From: Massalongia carnosa
Taxonomy: Eukaryota
DNA: 64,000 bases
Reading direction: 5' to 3'
NCBI GenBank assembly: GCA_965645245.1
Contig: OZ287069.1
Location: forward strand, 2,914,001-2,978,000
Positions 1 to 13,262 of the stretch are shown piece after piece. The position numbers were made by a program, and so were the translations under genes. Under the pieces are notes generated by a model. That model ran no database searches. It had not been told where the DNA came from and was given only the letters and a program-made list of their open reading frames with translations. The stretch's first letter is position 1. Each line of letters starts with the position of its first letter.

Positions 1-419
1 ACGGTATTGAGGCCTGGTGGAAGGTGCACTTCTCTACCTTATTATTCTCGGAAAGGCCTCTGACCCATGGTTTTCGAGGTGGATGCAACGAGGTCATCTG
101 ACCCATGACTTATAACGAAGGCGTATGCACATTCGGTCGACTTGAAGGGATAGAGGTGACGACATCGACACGTACGAGCAGCGATAGGCATGTCGAGGGC
201 GATAGACACACAAAAACAGTCAAAAGTGGGAGCAGGAATACATCTGGATTTGATTTCGATCTACTGGATGACCCGGCTCGGAGGGGATACGGGGGTCTTC
301 CGCTGAGTCCCCGCTGGATAACGATTCGAGATCAAAACGACCAAGGCTCAAAAAAGTCCCTACCCTGACCATAGTGCGCGATTCATCGTGCCATTTCTTT
401 TTCTTTCTGGTCATGCAGT

Positions 420-602
420 CCGCATAGACGTCCGAATCCGTTCCGGCCCCAAGGAGTCGGTGATGGAGTGTTGAAACACAGGGTTTTTGTCACCTCGTAA
501 GGTTTTTTCACCCCTGTATATAGCCCCATAGATGTGCCCGCATGGGCCGTCCTTCGGACGGTGCCACATCGGAGAATGAATTATCATCATCATCATCATC
601 AT
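420..602 (+). mobile_element. Possible 3' end of a non-LTR retroelement (stem-loop plus (ATC)6 tail)
   Basis: Branched hairpin GATGTG(531-536)/CACATC(565-570) encloses GCCC/GGGC and CCGTCC-TTC-GGACGG. It is followed by (ATC)6 at 583-600, where the neighbouring minus-strand protein abruptly turns into MMMMM. No reverse transcriptase is visible in the window. Confidence 0.3.
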
Positions 603-1753
603 ATCCGATGCCACACGTTCGCCCCAGAAGTGAGCCATCTCCCAATCCTCGAGCTTTATGTACGCCTGGACGATGTTCCAGTTGAGCTGCGAGCCAAGTT
701 TGTGTCGAAGGAGATCTCCTCGTTGGCCGGCAAGCTTGCCCTCAAGCGGCGTGGTGGCGAAGTAGCCGTCGAGCAGTACTGCGTATGTTCGCCCGTCGAT
801 AATGGTATGCATAGCTTCATATGCTTCATGGTACTTCTGGATGCTTAGCATAAAGCCTCCAGCCTTGAAGGCAGCGTTGCCTTCTAGCTTCAGTTTTCCG
901 GCATTCTCAAGAAAATCTGTGGGAGTTGGATTCGGGATTTTCATGGCTTTCTTCAGTTGCTTTTCTGCCGATTTCAGTTTGCAACCTTCGATCGAGACAT
1001 TGCGAATATGCTTCAGTATGGCAAATGGCATCAACAGCGATTCTTGCAATAGTTTAGGGGGAACCGTAGGCTTCGTTGCATACGAGTCCTTGATAATCAA
1101 TTGAAGAAATATGCCCCGAAAAAAGCCGAATTCCTGATAGTCAAAATAATATAATAATTTGCACAGCTGAGGAAGATCGTCTACACATGTGATGTAGGTT
1201 TAAAGTGTTTTTGATTTGACGTCGACTATAAGATCTAGGCGAACGGAGAGGTGGTATTACTTGAAAGATGTTGCTTTTGCGCCCTGGCCTATTATGGGAA
1301 ATTTCCCTGACAAGGGACTTGAAATCTCTCCAAGCCGTGGTAATCTAGATGAACTTGTTCTTGTGAAAAACGCCCTTGGCTTCATCGTGAATCTGCCGAT
1401 TTGTACGGAGGATAGCCACAACGAGATCATAGCAAGAAAAGCCAAACTCAACGTACCGTTTAGTGCGCCTGGTGGAAAGCAAGTTGCTGTAGACTTGCAG
1501 ACGAAGCTCCAATGGTAGACCGAGGAACCTGAACCCATTCAGCAACTGGTGGTGTTCCTTGAAGCTATCAAACTTTGGAGATCCAGGATCTGGCGATATG
1601 ACAGGATTATCAATTACTACAGAAGGGGAGGAGCGGGAGAGAACTTTCTTCCAACGTAAGGTTACGGGATCTAATACATATCTAGGGCATTTTTTCAACC
1701 TCGTGTTGAGTCCAGCAAAAAAAAAAATTGGGAGTTATATCTAAGTTGCCCAT
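601..1753 (-). pseudogene. Disrupted F-box-like/TPR-repeat protein
   Basis: FRFLGLPLELRLQVYSNLL is F-box/2EXR-like and LKLEGNAAFKAG...SIQKYHEA is TPR-like. Lesions: ATG 1753 is one base out of frame across an 11-T run, TAG at 1345-1347, a frameshift near 1310, two TAAs at ~1200-1259, and a C-terminus cut off at ~601. Confidence 0.65.
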
Positions 1754-2171
1754 GTTCTTATGTATGAGGGTTCACAAAAACATTGATAGCAAGGACGAAT
1801 TAGGCATAGGGGAAGCTTTATTAGCATTTGTACCTCACAAATCTCTTGAAACGTGCCGAGTTTTACCACATCAATCATACTTTATGTTCACTGGGAAAGA
1901 ACCCAATTTGTAAAATACGAGTTGAATTTCATTGCAACGAGCATTAGTTATGAAAGCTATCGCCGAGGTGCTATCGCAAGATGCGTGGTGTGCGCCATGT
2001 TGAGCATCGCGTGTACACACCCTAGTAAGCGTAAGCTCACGGTAAACTGGGCTGGGCTACAGAGTATCTCCTAGCCAAACGTGACAAAACATAGCCACAT
2101 TATCTGCCCCAAATAAAATCGAGTTGAACAACCATGTTGTCGAGTCCTCGAGACAAGAGAATTCAGGGAAC

Positions 2172-4608
2172 TTAGATCTTGGAGCGTACCAGATCCAAGT
2201 AGCCCTTGGGCGTGGACGCCCGGTTCGCTGTACTATCATCCTCCGAATCTCTCATGACTTCGTCTCCACCGTCTTCTCCACTAACATTGGCGGTTCCAAC
2301 CGCAGCATTGGCAAGATGCTCTAAGCTGCCACGACCGATTGGAGCACTTTTTCCATGAAGCCGCTGCGGATGACCACGCTGAAGTGTTAAAGCGATGTAG
2401 TTGGAAATTATCCAATTCCAGCTTGACTGGTCGACCTTGTGAGCAGTGTTTGCTGTGGTAGATTCCTTGTCCAGCCAATAGCGAAGATCTTGAAGCCCGG
2501 GGAAGATAGCAGCGCTCAATCCGGGTATCTGGAAGTGCTCTACGAGAGCAACGGCAGACAGACTGGCATAGTGGTGGATAAAAGGAGATGTTGGGGTTTG
2601 ACCGGTGCATAGAGTTCCAGCGGTTTTCAGAACCAACTTAACATATTCATCCATTTCGAGGTGATACACACGAGCATGACGTTGTAGTAGAAGTTTGGCG
2701 TGCAAATAGGACATGTGCAGAAGCGGGGCGGACGCGAACAATGATTCGACAGATTCACGGAACCGCTCCAACTGACCATTCAGGATCCGAAAATTCAATG
2801 CAGCCGATGCCCTGCCATGAGAGATGCTTTTAGAGTGGTACAGGAGAATCGTATCTGCGATATGACCTAAAATAAGAGATAGCCCTGATGCACGTAAGCC
2901 TAAATGTCATATATTAGAGAAAGGTAAAAATCTACTCACGAGCAAAGTGATAGCCAGTGTCCCCAAGTAGCACATTGTCTTCACGAAACAAAGTTACATC
3001 TACAACGAGCAATGGGCTCAGCGTACCACCGCCATGCCAGCGATCGATGATCATTAACACGAGCCAGGCACGACGTGCAAGCTTTTCATCTGCATTAGGC
3101 TCCCCATGTTGGTATGGTTGCTTGAGGTGTAACCCTAGAAAGGTTGACATGCTGACAGCTAAGCCATACCAGACTGGTGGCTGGAAGGCACTTGGGTTAT
3201 TGACATCAGTTGCCAGAGCCATCAAGATGAGGGCTTCAAGATAAACAAGATTATCTGTGGGTGATCTCATTGCCGCATCTTCAAACTGTAGCGCCATAAG
3301 AATCTCCGTAGCCTTTGTGCGATGTTGTACCACACGCGGATGTGTTACTGCATCTGAAGAGGCAGGTTTGGCTAGAGTTTGAAGAGCCGCAAGTACAACC
3401 TCGCGCATGTTATCAGAAGCTTTGGCAAGATGACGTAGAAGTTCAGTTTTCGTATCGGGCAGCAGTGGAATTGTCGTATGAACAACGCGATAGTATCTGA
3501 CAAAAATTAGTCACATATCTTTTGCTAAGAAGCTCTTACATACTCATCAATAGGGTATTCATCCCACTCGGAGGGATAGTCCATCTGATCATTTAACTGA
3601 ACTTCCATAGCTGGATTGTCTCCTGGAGTTAGGTGATGATTACCTTGCTGTATGAAAGATTGGGGAGTGTGAGGAGAGTTCATAGGCGCTTGTTGGTCTG
3701 TAGTGTTATGGGGAGTGGAGGAGTAAACTAAATTCCCTTGCACCCCACGCGTCACCTGATACCTACCAATCGCGTCTCCTGCTTGAATTTGATCCGAATA
3801 CCTACCAATCGCGTCTCCTGGAATCTGATGATCTTGCATGTAAGGTGAAGTCTGCACTCGTTCGGACATTGAGCTTGATCTCTTGTTTAGGCCGTATCCA
3901 GGCTCCTCAGGGTGAGGCGAGTATTCGTTGTATGCGGCATATGGGTATCCAGGGACTGAGGGTATCGGGTGCCTAGCTTCCAGTACTTCAACGCGCTCAG
4001 CTAGTTCTTTGATGTACCTAAAGCAATCAGCATCAAGCAAACGCAGAGAACGCGGGTAACAAGGTTTACCCTTTGTTCGGGCCCCTCTTTTGCGGTGTTC
4101 TAGTGAACATGCAGATCGAGTCAGAGCGTATACAGTTATTACATCGGGGTTCAGAAGTATCGGGATCACAACGGATCTTTGGGGGTTAGAGTTAGAAAAT
4201 TAACCTCGGTAGATATTCTGGCAATTTACGTACCTTTTTACGCCGACATTCATCACACGCCCTTGATACCTTAGTACGTTTTCGACTAGAGGAGTCCCCA
4301 GGATTGTGATCGCGATTCTGAGAATTATCAGATCCATCTTGGCCCAGTCCGCTCTGGGCCAATCCACTCTGGGCAATCTGCTGTGAAGACGAAATTTGAG
4401 TCGGCCTCAATTCTTGTGCATTGCGATCGGTATGATATGTCTGATCACCGTCTCCCTCCATTCCGGGGGTGTTTGGATGGACGCGATGCGGTAACGGTGT
4501 CGGTGCTTGCACATCTTCAGTCACGGGCAGCTGGTGTTGGCTGGCAAAAAACGGGCCCGCACCCATTTGCGCTGAGTTTGGCGATGGGTATGATGTATCT
4601 TGTGCCAT
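2172..4608 (-). CDS. Zn2Cys6 transcription factor, Rgt1-like (multi-exon)
   Basis: Spliced reading KRTKVSRACDECRRKK|IRCD...CNNC...CMFTRTPQKRGPNKG|YIKELAERV, followed by fungal TF middle-homology exons (ORFs 2932-3408 and 2172-2798). Confidence 0.88.
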
Positions 4609-5469
4609 TTTCGATGGGTCTTTTTTGGCGGTTCCCAGGTTGATAGTATGACACGGTTGGAAAAGGAAGAGAGGAAGTTTCTACGACGGTGGAGGTAAGG
4701 TTTTTTCCCCTCCATGACGCTAACGCTTTTCGGCATCGCTTGTGATGGCGGAGAGTGATCGTAGTGTTGCGCTTAAGGGGTACAATCAGGCTCATGGTGG
4801 TGTTGAGTGTTGAAGGTAATGAGATGGTGTTGTAAACCGCCGCAGTGTAATAGCCTGAGATGATAGAACTCCATCGGTAGCTAAAATCTCGACTCGGGTG
4901 GACTTTTTTGCGTTCATCGGAACGGGATGAGTCCTCCGGATGTACTTATCAAAGTCATCTACTTCGTACATTGAACCAAATACTATGTGTTACCTAGGTA
5001 TTTGGAGAAGACAAAAGCCCCGTAAGTTTCATAAGGTGCCATCTGCTGTATTAACTTGCGGTCTTTAAGTTAAATATCAAATAGGTAGCTAATGTACAAG
5101 AAAGCAAAGGAGTTTATAATAGTCTTTAGGTTCGGAGCGGATGAAGGTTGGAGCGCAATGACAAGACACAAAATTTATACTCCCTATTGCGGAAGCCTTC
5201 GCTCGTAGGGTGCTATTGATCTGTCAATTAATCGGGTCGATTGCTATAAGGATATCAGGCCGTATATGGCAAGGACTAGTTATAGAACCGATGCTTTCAC
5301 ACGGAGACCCCTAGGTTTTCTTCACTACATCCATTTACCCATCATCTTAACGCCTCGATTAACACCTCCATACAATGATTTCTTCTATTCCGAAAAATAT
5401 TGTCTATGTATCCCAATGGGAATAGGGTTGACTTCTCAAATGCCGTGCCCTAGTAGCGTAGAATACCTT

Positions 5470-6154
5470 CTATCTTTTTTTCTTACCTACAACCTCGATG
5501 AACCCGTCGTTACCTATTTTTGGTTTAGGCTTTTCCCTCGGCACCTTCACGATCGATGGTGCTAGGTCCACCTCCATGGCCTCATCAGCCGAATCTTCGT
5601 CGTCCATATCGCCACTGTCCCAATCTGTGTCATCGGCCTCCTCTGCCCTCTCGACGTGCTTAAATGAAACAGTCCCTCCGCCTCTATTTTGCCTCTCCTG
5701 CCACCGGTTATACATCTCGTCTACCATAGAGAAGTCTCCTTGTAACGTCATTTTTCGAAGCCCAATTATCTTCGAAGCAATCTCTTCTCCACTTCCGTCC
5801 TCGATGTTGATCTCAAACTCATCATACATGACCTGTAGTAGAAATTCCTCGACGTATTCGACATCAGCATTGGGCGTAGATTCGATGAGCTCAGAGATAG
5901 CTCCAGCGAACCAATCGCGCTTCTCAGATGATTGCGGGCCCCCCCATGAATTTTGAACTGCAAGTGTGAGCGCCGGCCATGCCGAGAGAGTTAGAGCGAT
6001 TGAGAGATCAAATTGGGTTTGAATCTTTTCTATCATAAGTCAATACTAGGCTTATCGGGCTTTCGCATGTCGTACCCGCTGATGGAGGTAGAGCAACCCC
6101 CCCTCGAGCTTCTCTAGCTGCTCGCGAAACTGTAAATTCGGGTGATGTGGACAT
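5470..6154 (-). CDS. TSR2: Pre-rRNA processing protein TSR2
   Basis: WPALTLAVQNSWGG...KRDW...DEFEINIEDGS and C-terminal DGFIEVVGKKKR. One intron at ~6030-6075 joins ATG 6154 in frame. Confidence 0.92.
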
Positions 6155-6500
6155 TGTTGTAGTGGTTTGCGGTTAGATTTCCTTGGTGGGAGCACCAACG
6201 CTCGAAGTGAACCGGCTGATGCTTGGCGTTCCGAGACCCGTTCAACCTCATGCTTTCCTATAGTTAGACTCCAAACATTTAATATTTAAAATCAGTTGGG
6301 GAAAGGACGAACACCGCAACAACCTGCTTCTCTGCTCTTACCTTGAGCAACCATGGACAGAAAATGCTTTGCTCCGTCCGTCTCCTTTTTCCCTTTCTAT
6401 TGTTTGTGTTCAGACAGATAAGCAAAAACAGAAACATTATTTACCTCCTCCAATTTGTTTGATATTCATATACTGTAGTCGTTTCACTTCGAGTAAGATC

Positions 6501-8913
6501 ATGGTGTTTAACAGTATATCCGTTGGAGCTGCTGTTGGACCTACAGTCATCCAGACCTACTTCTCTCATGTGTGTAACCCATGGTCATCCTTCCTCTACC
6601 ATTCTCCTATTGACTTACTCCGAAGTATTTCAACCGGAAGCCCCTTCGACAGAAACCAACCGCACATGTCTCGTACCATGAAGGTTTAAATCTAATCCGA
6701 CGATTCCTTCATCACGCCTCGCTTCACACTGTTGAAGAAATTCAAACTTTCACTTCTCAATGGGTACCGACTCCTCGCTGGGTCAAGGTTGATGGAATTG
6801 AAATTCCTGCAAATTCGATTGCCAAGGCCACCAATGCAATTGTCTCCCAGCTAGGTCATAAAGGCATTGACAAGGTGGGTGGGACCAAATGGTGGCAATG
6901 GCGATTGGAAGGCAGTACCTTGAAGGCGGAATGGATTGAGATGAAAGCACACTATGCAAGACGAGAGCAGACTGGCGATAAAGGGAACAGGGTTATGCTC
7001 TATGTGCATGGTGGAGCTTATTTCTTTGGGAGCGTCGACGAGCATCGGTATCAATTGCAAAGACATGCAAGGAAGCTTGAAGCTAGAGTTTTTGCTCGGT
7101 CAGTACGGTACACGTTTAAAGTCAACAAAGAATAATGCTAATGTTGTGCAGTGAGTTTGGTAAAGCTGGGGCTCGTCAAATGTGCTAATCGGCGATAGCT
7201 CGTTATCGATTGGCCCCTCAATTTCCCTTTCCTTGCGGACTACTTGACTGTCTAGCAGCATATATGTATCTTTTGACTGTACAAGATGCATCAACCATTA
7301 TACTAGCAGGTGATTCTGCGGGAGCCGGCATGGTCCTCAGGTTAGCATATCCTATGTTCGCTATGTGATATTTGGCTGATCTACCTGCAGTATGCTTGTC
7401 GTCTTGCGCGACAGAAATATGCCGCTTCCCGCTGGAGCAATTTTGATCTCACCCTGGGTTGACCTGACACATTCTTTTCCGAGCGTTGCTGGTGATGCTT
7501 CGCTTGACTACATACCAGCTCATGGCTTCTTGCATCGCCCGTCTACTGCGTGGCCACCTCCCAATGCTGACGACATAGAGCAGATTGCGATGCATGCGGT
7601 TGAGAAGGTAGCCGGAGACACGGTACCGCGAAGGGCAAGTCAACAGGTTCGGCGTCAAACTATCCAAGACGCAGTTCGAGGTTTCTCGGTTGACCAAGCA
7701 ATTGGGAATATCTACCCGATTGAAATATCAAATAATCCCGGCGGCACTCGACCCACTGGCAGCATGTCTGGTAATACTTTATTCGGGGTCGGCCATGATC
7801 TATCAGTCATGCTTGACGGGAAACTCGTTGGGATCAAAGACCAGATCCAGCTGTACACCACGAACCAGCTAATTTGCCATCCACTGGTATCTCCGATACT
7901 ACAGCCATCTTTAGGTGGCCTGCCGCCTCTACTGATCTTGACTGGTGGCGGTGAATTGCTCCGAGACGAGCAAATTTATCTTGCGCATAAAGCTGCAAAT
8001 CCTTCCCACTATCCCCCAAGTGAAGCGTACTTTCTGGAATACCCGGAGGCACGAAACATTGTCACTAAATGGAGGCCAACTAATGTGCAGCTACAAATCT
8101 GGGATGATTTATGTCATGTTGCGCCTACGCTGAGCTTTACCAGGCCTGCAAAATACATGTATCGTTCGATTGCTCAATTCGGTGCTTGGGCACTTGCACA
8201 AGCCCAGAAGATAGAGATCAACGTACAGGATTACGATAATGTGTCTCTTATCTCCTCGGGTTCAGCTACCGAAAGTGATGAAGACCTTAAGGCAAAACAG
8301 GTTACCATGAGCGGAGACACGGCCAAGAAAGTTGGGAAAGCTGGTGATGCCCTTCCATCTTTTCAAAACCACATGATTCGACAACGTGTGGACCGACATG
8401 GCAACATTTATCCTCTAGGACATGAATCCACCTTGCCAGCATTGAGTGTTCCCGCCAACGAGATTGGTGTGATCAAGCCAGGACCAGTTGGCAAGTGGAG
8501 TGATACAAAACAGGTATGGGACGCGAAGTACGCCAAGGACAAGGTAAAGATTCAGAAGCAAAGAGCAGAGGCTCTGGCGAAGGGGTTCCAGGGATTTGAT
8601 GGCGACGAAGTACCACCACCGTCAGCCTTGGCTGGGAGGCGAGGCCTTGTCATGCCGAAAGAGGAAAAGAAGAGTAAGAGCTGGGGGATGAGCTTGTGGA
8701 GTTTGTGGGGTAGCTCGCACGATCAGAAGACGGTAGGGTTACGTTTGCCATAAATCGTGTTCTAGCTAACAGGTCGCAAAGATTGTGCGTGAAGAAAAGG
8801 CTGAAAAGGAAGCCGACGTATCGACTGCCATTGGACATGATGGGGCTAGTGATAGTCCCTCAAAAGTGCGTTTCAAGGTGAAGGGCGTACTCCTACACTG
8901 TTTCCTGACCTAA
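6501..8913 (+). CDS. Alpha/beta-hydrolase, hormone-sensitive-lipase family esterase (multi-exon; 3' end uncertain, may extend to ~9160)
   Basis: HGGAY oxyanion motif (~7007), GDSAG nucleophile (~7310), ISPWVDL and WDDLCHV; canonical GT-AG introns. Confidence 0.88.
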
Positions 8914-9859
8914 GCCAGGACAATAACGACGATTTCCCCGATCTCAACAAAAAAATCCCGCCCTCGGAGTACGTCCGCCATGGCAGGCCAAACAAGAAGA
9001 AGCCATGTCTGCCCGGCGAAAATCCCCAGAGCATCTTGAAAAAGCCAAAGCCCGAGGTTCAGGAGGTGGATGTGGACTGCATTGAGGAGTGGCGGGGAGA
9101 TGTTCAAGGTGGGGACGAGAGGGTTGTAGTGGATAGTCGGATACCGCCTCTAAATATTTAACAAGGGAAGAATGTCTTGCGTATATGCTATCGTTGTTAA
9201 CAGGCAAGGGGTAACGAATGAGGGGTTATTTCCCTCAAGGGTTTCTAGGAATAGTGGGACAGGATTATGGGGAGTTGTTTTATTGACTGCTAAGGTCAGG
9301 GAAGGAGTGATTTCATAGGTGCCTACATCCAAATGTTATCCTTACGCCTTTTTGGAGGCGCTGAAGCATTATTTCTATTTAACATCCTTGTGCGGGTGTG
9401 CTCCCTTTTAGAATTGGTATCAAGCGTGGTTTTATGAACTAGAAAGAGTTGGGCCCTTTTCGAGCTTCTTACCTTCCTCATTTCCATGAACGATAGGTGG
9501 AAGAAGAGAGAAGAGGAATTCCACAAAGGGAAAATTTTAGGGGAGAGGCGGTGTTTCTTTTCTTCTATTAGCTTTGGAATGGATGGATGGATGAAATTGT
9601 ATAAATCTACATACCCACATGTATATATATATACCCGATGAAGGAGGAAACGAACGAACGGAAGAAAGGAGGGAGGGAGGTCTTGAGTAAGGGGTTATGG
9701 TTGGTTGTTCCGAAGTACCTGCATGCTAGGCTAGGCTATGGGCAGGCCAGGGCAGGGGGGCCGGTTTCGTGGAGAGGACTGTCTGTTTTGGAAGGGTTGG
9801 AAGGAGGAGGAAACTTTTGGATGAGTGCAGGGGAAAAGGATGGTAGGAGGTACGCAAGT

Positions 9860-9883
9860 AAGAAAGAAAGAAAGAAAGAAAGA
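9860..9883. repeat. (AAAG)n microsatellite
   Basis: Tandem AAAG/AGAA units seen directly. Confidence 0.8.
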
Positions 9884-10357
9884 AAAAAATAGAAAGAGAT
9901 CTCCCCGTGGAAAGCTCCATAGTACGCTCCTAAAGACCTGCATGCCTGCGCGTCGGTTTGACTTGGTGTAGGTCTCTTCAATATATTTAATCGACTTCCG
10001 TTTCAATTCGTTTGCTAATTACTTACTTATCTACCTACGTTCATACCTACCTACTATGTAGCTAACCAAACCTAGCCTCTCTAAATCTTCGACGAGGTAT
10101 TTCATTACTGGTGCAAGCCGATGCTCAAGAAAAAGCTTGAATGGGTTGTTCTTTCTCTCTCCCGCACCTCATACCGCAAGCGCCGGTTGATCCTCATATT
10201 CATCCGTCCTTTCATACGTCCACATACATAGAAGCGATTTCCCAGCTATAATGGAGGGCTCGAATCTAACGACTCCAAAAGAATGGTTGATCATCATCGC
10301 TCTTCCTGCATGACCGAACCCGCTCCATATTAATGGTACGTCATCATCGGTATGTCA

Positions 10358-12453
10358 TCATCGGTATATCTTGAAAAGATCCATCTCACCAACGGTAGCG
10401 GACGGCGGACCGAGTATATCGTTCATATCCTTTTCATCGATGACAGCTTCGCTGCCGTTGCATTTCGCCTTAGCCTTAAGTTGGGCGCAGAGGTCGTTGA
10501 TGTCGATTTCCCCAGACTGCACTTTCTCGGAGCCTTGCATGCGGTCCCTACATTGCGTTCCGTCAGTTTTGCAATTTAGAAATTTCTCGCCACCACGCGC
10601 TGAGACTGACCACAGTTTTTCGCAGTTGATTGGCCGTTTCGTTTCATCCTGCGAGACTTTGGCGAAGTGGAAGGCGTCGTCTTCGTAGCCGTTTCCCTGA
10701 GTCTCGATTTCCTTCATAAGATCACGTTTCAATGTGGGGCTGCTGGTGGTAAATTCGCCAGTGTTGAAGGGGCTGGCAAAATCTTGGGCGAAAGCGTCGT
10801 TGAAGAAGCCGCCGAAACTGGCGTTGTTGAGAATGTTGTCTTGCGGATCGCGATAATCTCCGAAAAGGACGGGATCAAATTGTCCTCCGTTTTGTTGTGC
10901 CATCCAGTCGATGCCATTGATGTCGTTAAATGAATGTTTCATTGCGCTTGATGGTGCTATCGCGACGTCAGAATCGAGGTTGGATGTCTACTAAGGCTCA
11001 ACTTGACCACAAACAATGTTCTTACCTTCAAGGTTTTTTTGACCAAGTATTTCTTCATCAATGGTGTTCAACGTTGTCTCGCTAGCCTTGCGAATGTCTG
11101 GCGAATCAGCAGAGGGTTCTGGTGTAGTACCACACGAGGAGTCGAGCCCGTGATTCGACATGGACGAGGCGGAAGGGGATGTGGTGATTGAAATCGATGA
11201 TCCGCGGTTATGATTTCCCTGATTCTCTACGTTGGATGCAGCTCTGTTGTTATCAAAGTTCATGTCAGAAGAGTTGCTACGGCGGGCAGCCTCCAGAATA
11301 GAAGGGCCGAAGAGTCCATTGGGATCCTGGTAAGCGCTAAATAAGTTCGTGGGGGATGGGAAAGGCCCGTAATCGGTGGATCCAATCTTCGTAGGACCGT
11401 TAACATTCGTGGGTGAGGCCCCTTCAAACGAACTTGAGGAGTTTGTTCTCAACGCGCCGGGTAACAGTTGGGATGAAGGACGCTGTTCTGAACGGTTGGA
11501 CGAGCTGACTCTTGCAAGCGAACCGTTGCTCATGAAATTGGAGCCTGGAAGATCTCCAAACTTGGGAAAGGCAAACTGGAAGTCGTTTTGATTGGGATTC
11601 CAGGGTCTCCGAGAGAGTAGCGCAGCAGCCGACGGCGGAGATTGAACAGCTCCGGTTCCATTCATGGAAAGCCTCTTCTTGTACTCCTTTACCTCATTGG
11701 TCAATCGATCAACTTGCGCCCGAAGCTTCCCATTCTCGTGATTAGTGGACTCCGAAGCTTTCTCCAGGTCTTCCACCTTAGTCTCCAGTTCTTTGAGATG
11801 GCGCTCCTTCCGTTCCCGAAACGCACGTTGAGCAGCTCGATTCTGGGCCTTACGTTTCTATCAATGCGAGATTATCAGCTCCAACGCTTCAGATGCAAGA
11901 GCTAAAGAAGGCTTACGGTTGTCGGTTCTCCGGTCAACGGTTTGCGTCCGGGCTTCTTAGCCAATTTATCTTCAGACTCCCATCGCTTGCTCCCATTCTC
12001 CCCTTCCTCGTCCTCATCTTCGATAAGTTTCCTTTTCTCATGGAGGTCGCCGTCTTCCTCGAGTGGGGCTCCTGGAAGACTTCCAAATAATTGCTCCCCG
12101 CTATTTTCCCAATCGAAACTCCCATCCTCTACTTCGTAGTCGAGGAAAGGGCTATCATCAAAGCCGTCGCTACCAATTGCCCCAGACCCTGGAGATTCTT
12201 GCACTGGCGACTTGTAGAGTTCACCCATGGAAGAATTCACATCCATGCTATGCCGGCCTTGCTTTGGGTCACTATTCGCCCGGCCGGCCGCTGGCTTAGC
12301 GGTATTAGAGCCCCGGGCAGAGGTGTTAGCATTCTGATTTTGCATGACAGGTGATCGGTTGGACGTTAAAGCCGTGAGGAGCAAGTTTTGTTGATCCGGT
12401 GTAAGGGAGAGATCGGGGCCAGTGGCCTTTTTAGCCACGCGGCCGTTGTCCAT
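10358..12453 (-). CDS. YAP1: AP-1-like bZIP oxidative-stress transcription factor (Yap1/Pap1/NapA orthologue)
   Basis: KKPGRKPLTGEPTT|KRKAQNRAAQRAFRERKERHLKELE bZIP, GGQFDPVLFGDYRDPQ, and C-terminal CRD NCEKLW|DR...DLCAQLKAKAKC. Introns 11858-11916, 10957-11025 and 10548-10610. Confidence 0.95.
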
Positions 12454-13262
12454 GTTCCACTGTACCGCGTTGATTCTTATGAATGTATCAAGGTTTGGTG
12501 ACAAAGAGAGCGGTCTTGTGTATGATCCCACTCCAAGTGAAACTTCGATACAGTGGTGGGGTTCAACGAATCGCAACGGCACTAACCCCGCATCCACGGA
12601 GCGATGCAGAGACCGAAATGACCGGACTCGCTCAGTGATTGGTGTTAATTATTGATTAAGCTTGACGGAGAATATGGAGAGAGCGCTCTATTGTTGGTAA
12701 TGGGAGAGCGCAAAGGGAAGGGATTCGTGAAAAGGCAAGGTGTTGTCGATGATGACGAAGGATGGACGGACTTGAAGCCTTTTGACTAGGTAATAGGAAA
12801 TATCAATCGTGTCTGGGGGGTTCGTTTACTTAGTGCCAGAGAATATTTCCAGTACAGAGTACCCTATAAAGTACATACTCCGATCTAATGCATCAGTCTT
12901 TATACGAGGGGAAGCCGACCACCATAATGAGGAAATATTGCGATTGAGGATTTATCGTCACCGTATACAGAGTAAGCTCTTTTGGCTCTGTTCGTACGAA
13001 GTACTCTGTCCGGTGTACTTCGTACTCGATTACAGCGTACTGGGTAAAGTAAAGGTACAGAGTACGCTGTACCGAATACGCTGTACCGAGTACAGGATAC
13101 TCCATGTATGATGCCCTAAAAATACCGTGGTGCTTCTGCGTCATTCCATGTCATAACCCCACTCATACCGTCGATTTGAAATCCAAAATACGGTAAACTA
13201 CTCCGTACTCCGTACGTCAGACGTGCTCTATACTGTGTAGTTGTATACAAACTACGGAGAAC

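Noticed and set aside
531..570. Hammerhead ribozyme
   Set aside because: A three-way junction is present, but the CUGANGA/GAAA core is absent on both strands.
4517..4795. Regulatory uORF overlapping the Rgt1-like start
   Set aside because: The TSS is unknown and the peptide shows no recognisable signal; it may lie in the promoter.
5498..5956. Antisense/overlapping ORFs in the track (this one, 14073-14612, 35446-36036, 45977-46492 and others)
   Set aside because: Shadow frames of well-supported genes, with no independent motifs.
12840..13260. GTAC/TACAG-rich quasi-repeat upstream of YAP1
   Set aside because: No stable period or termini; looks like low-complexity intergenic sequence.
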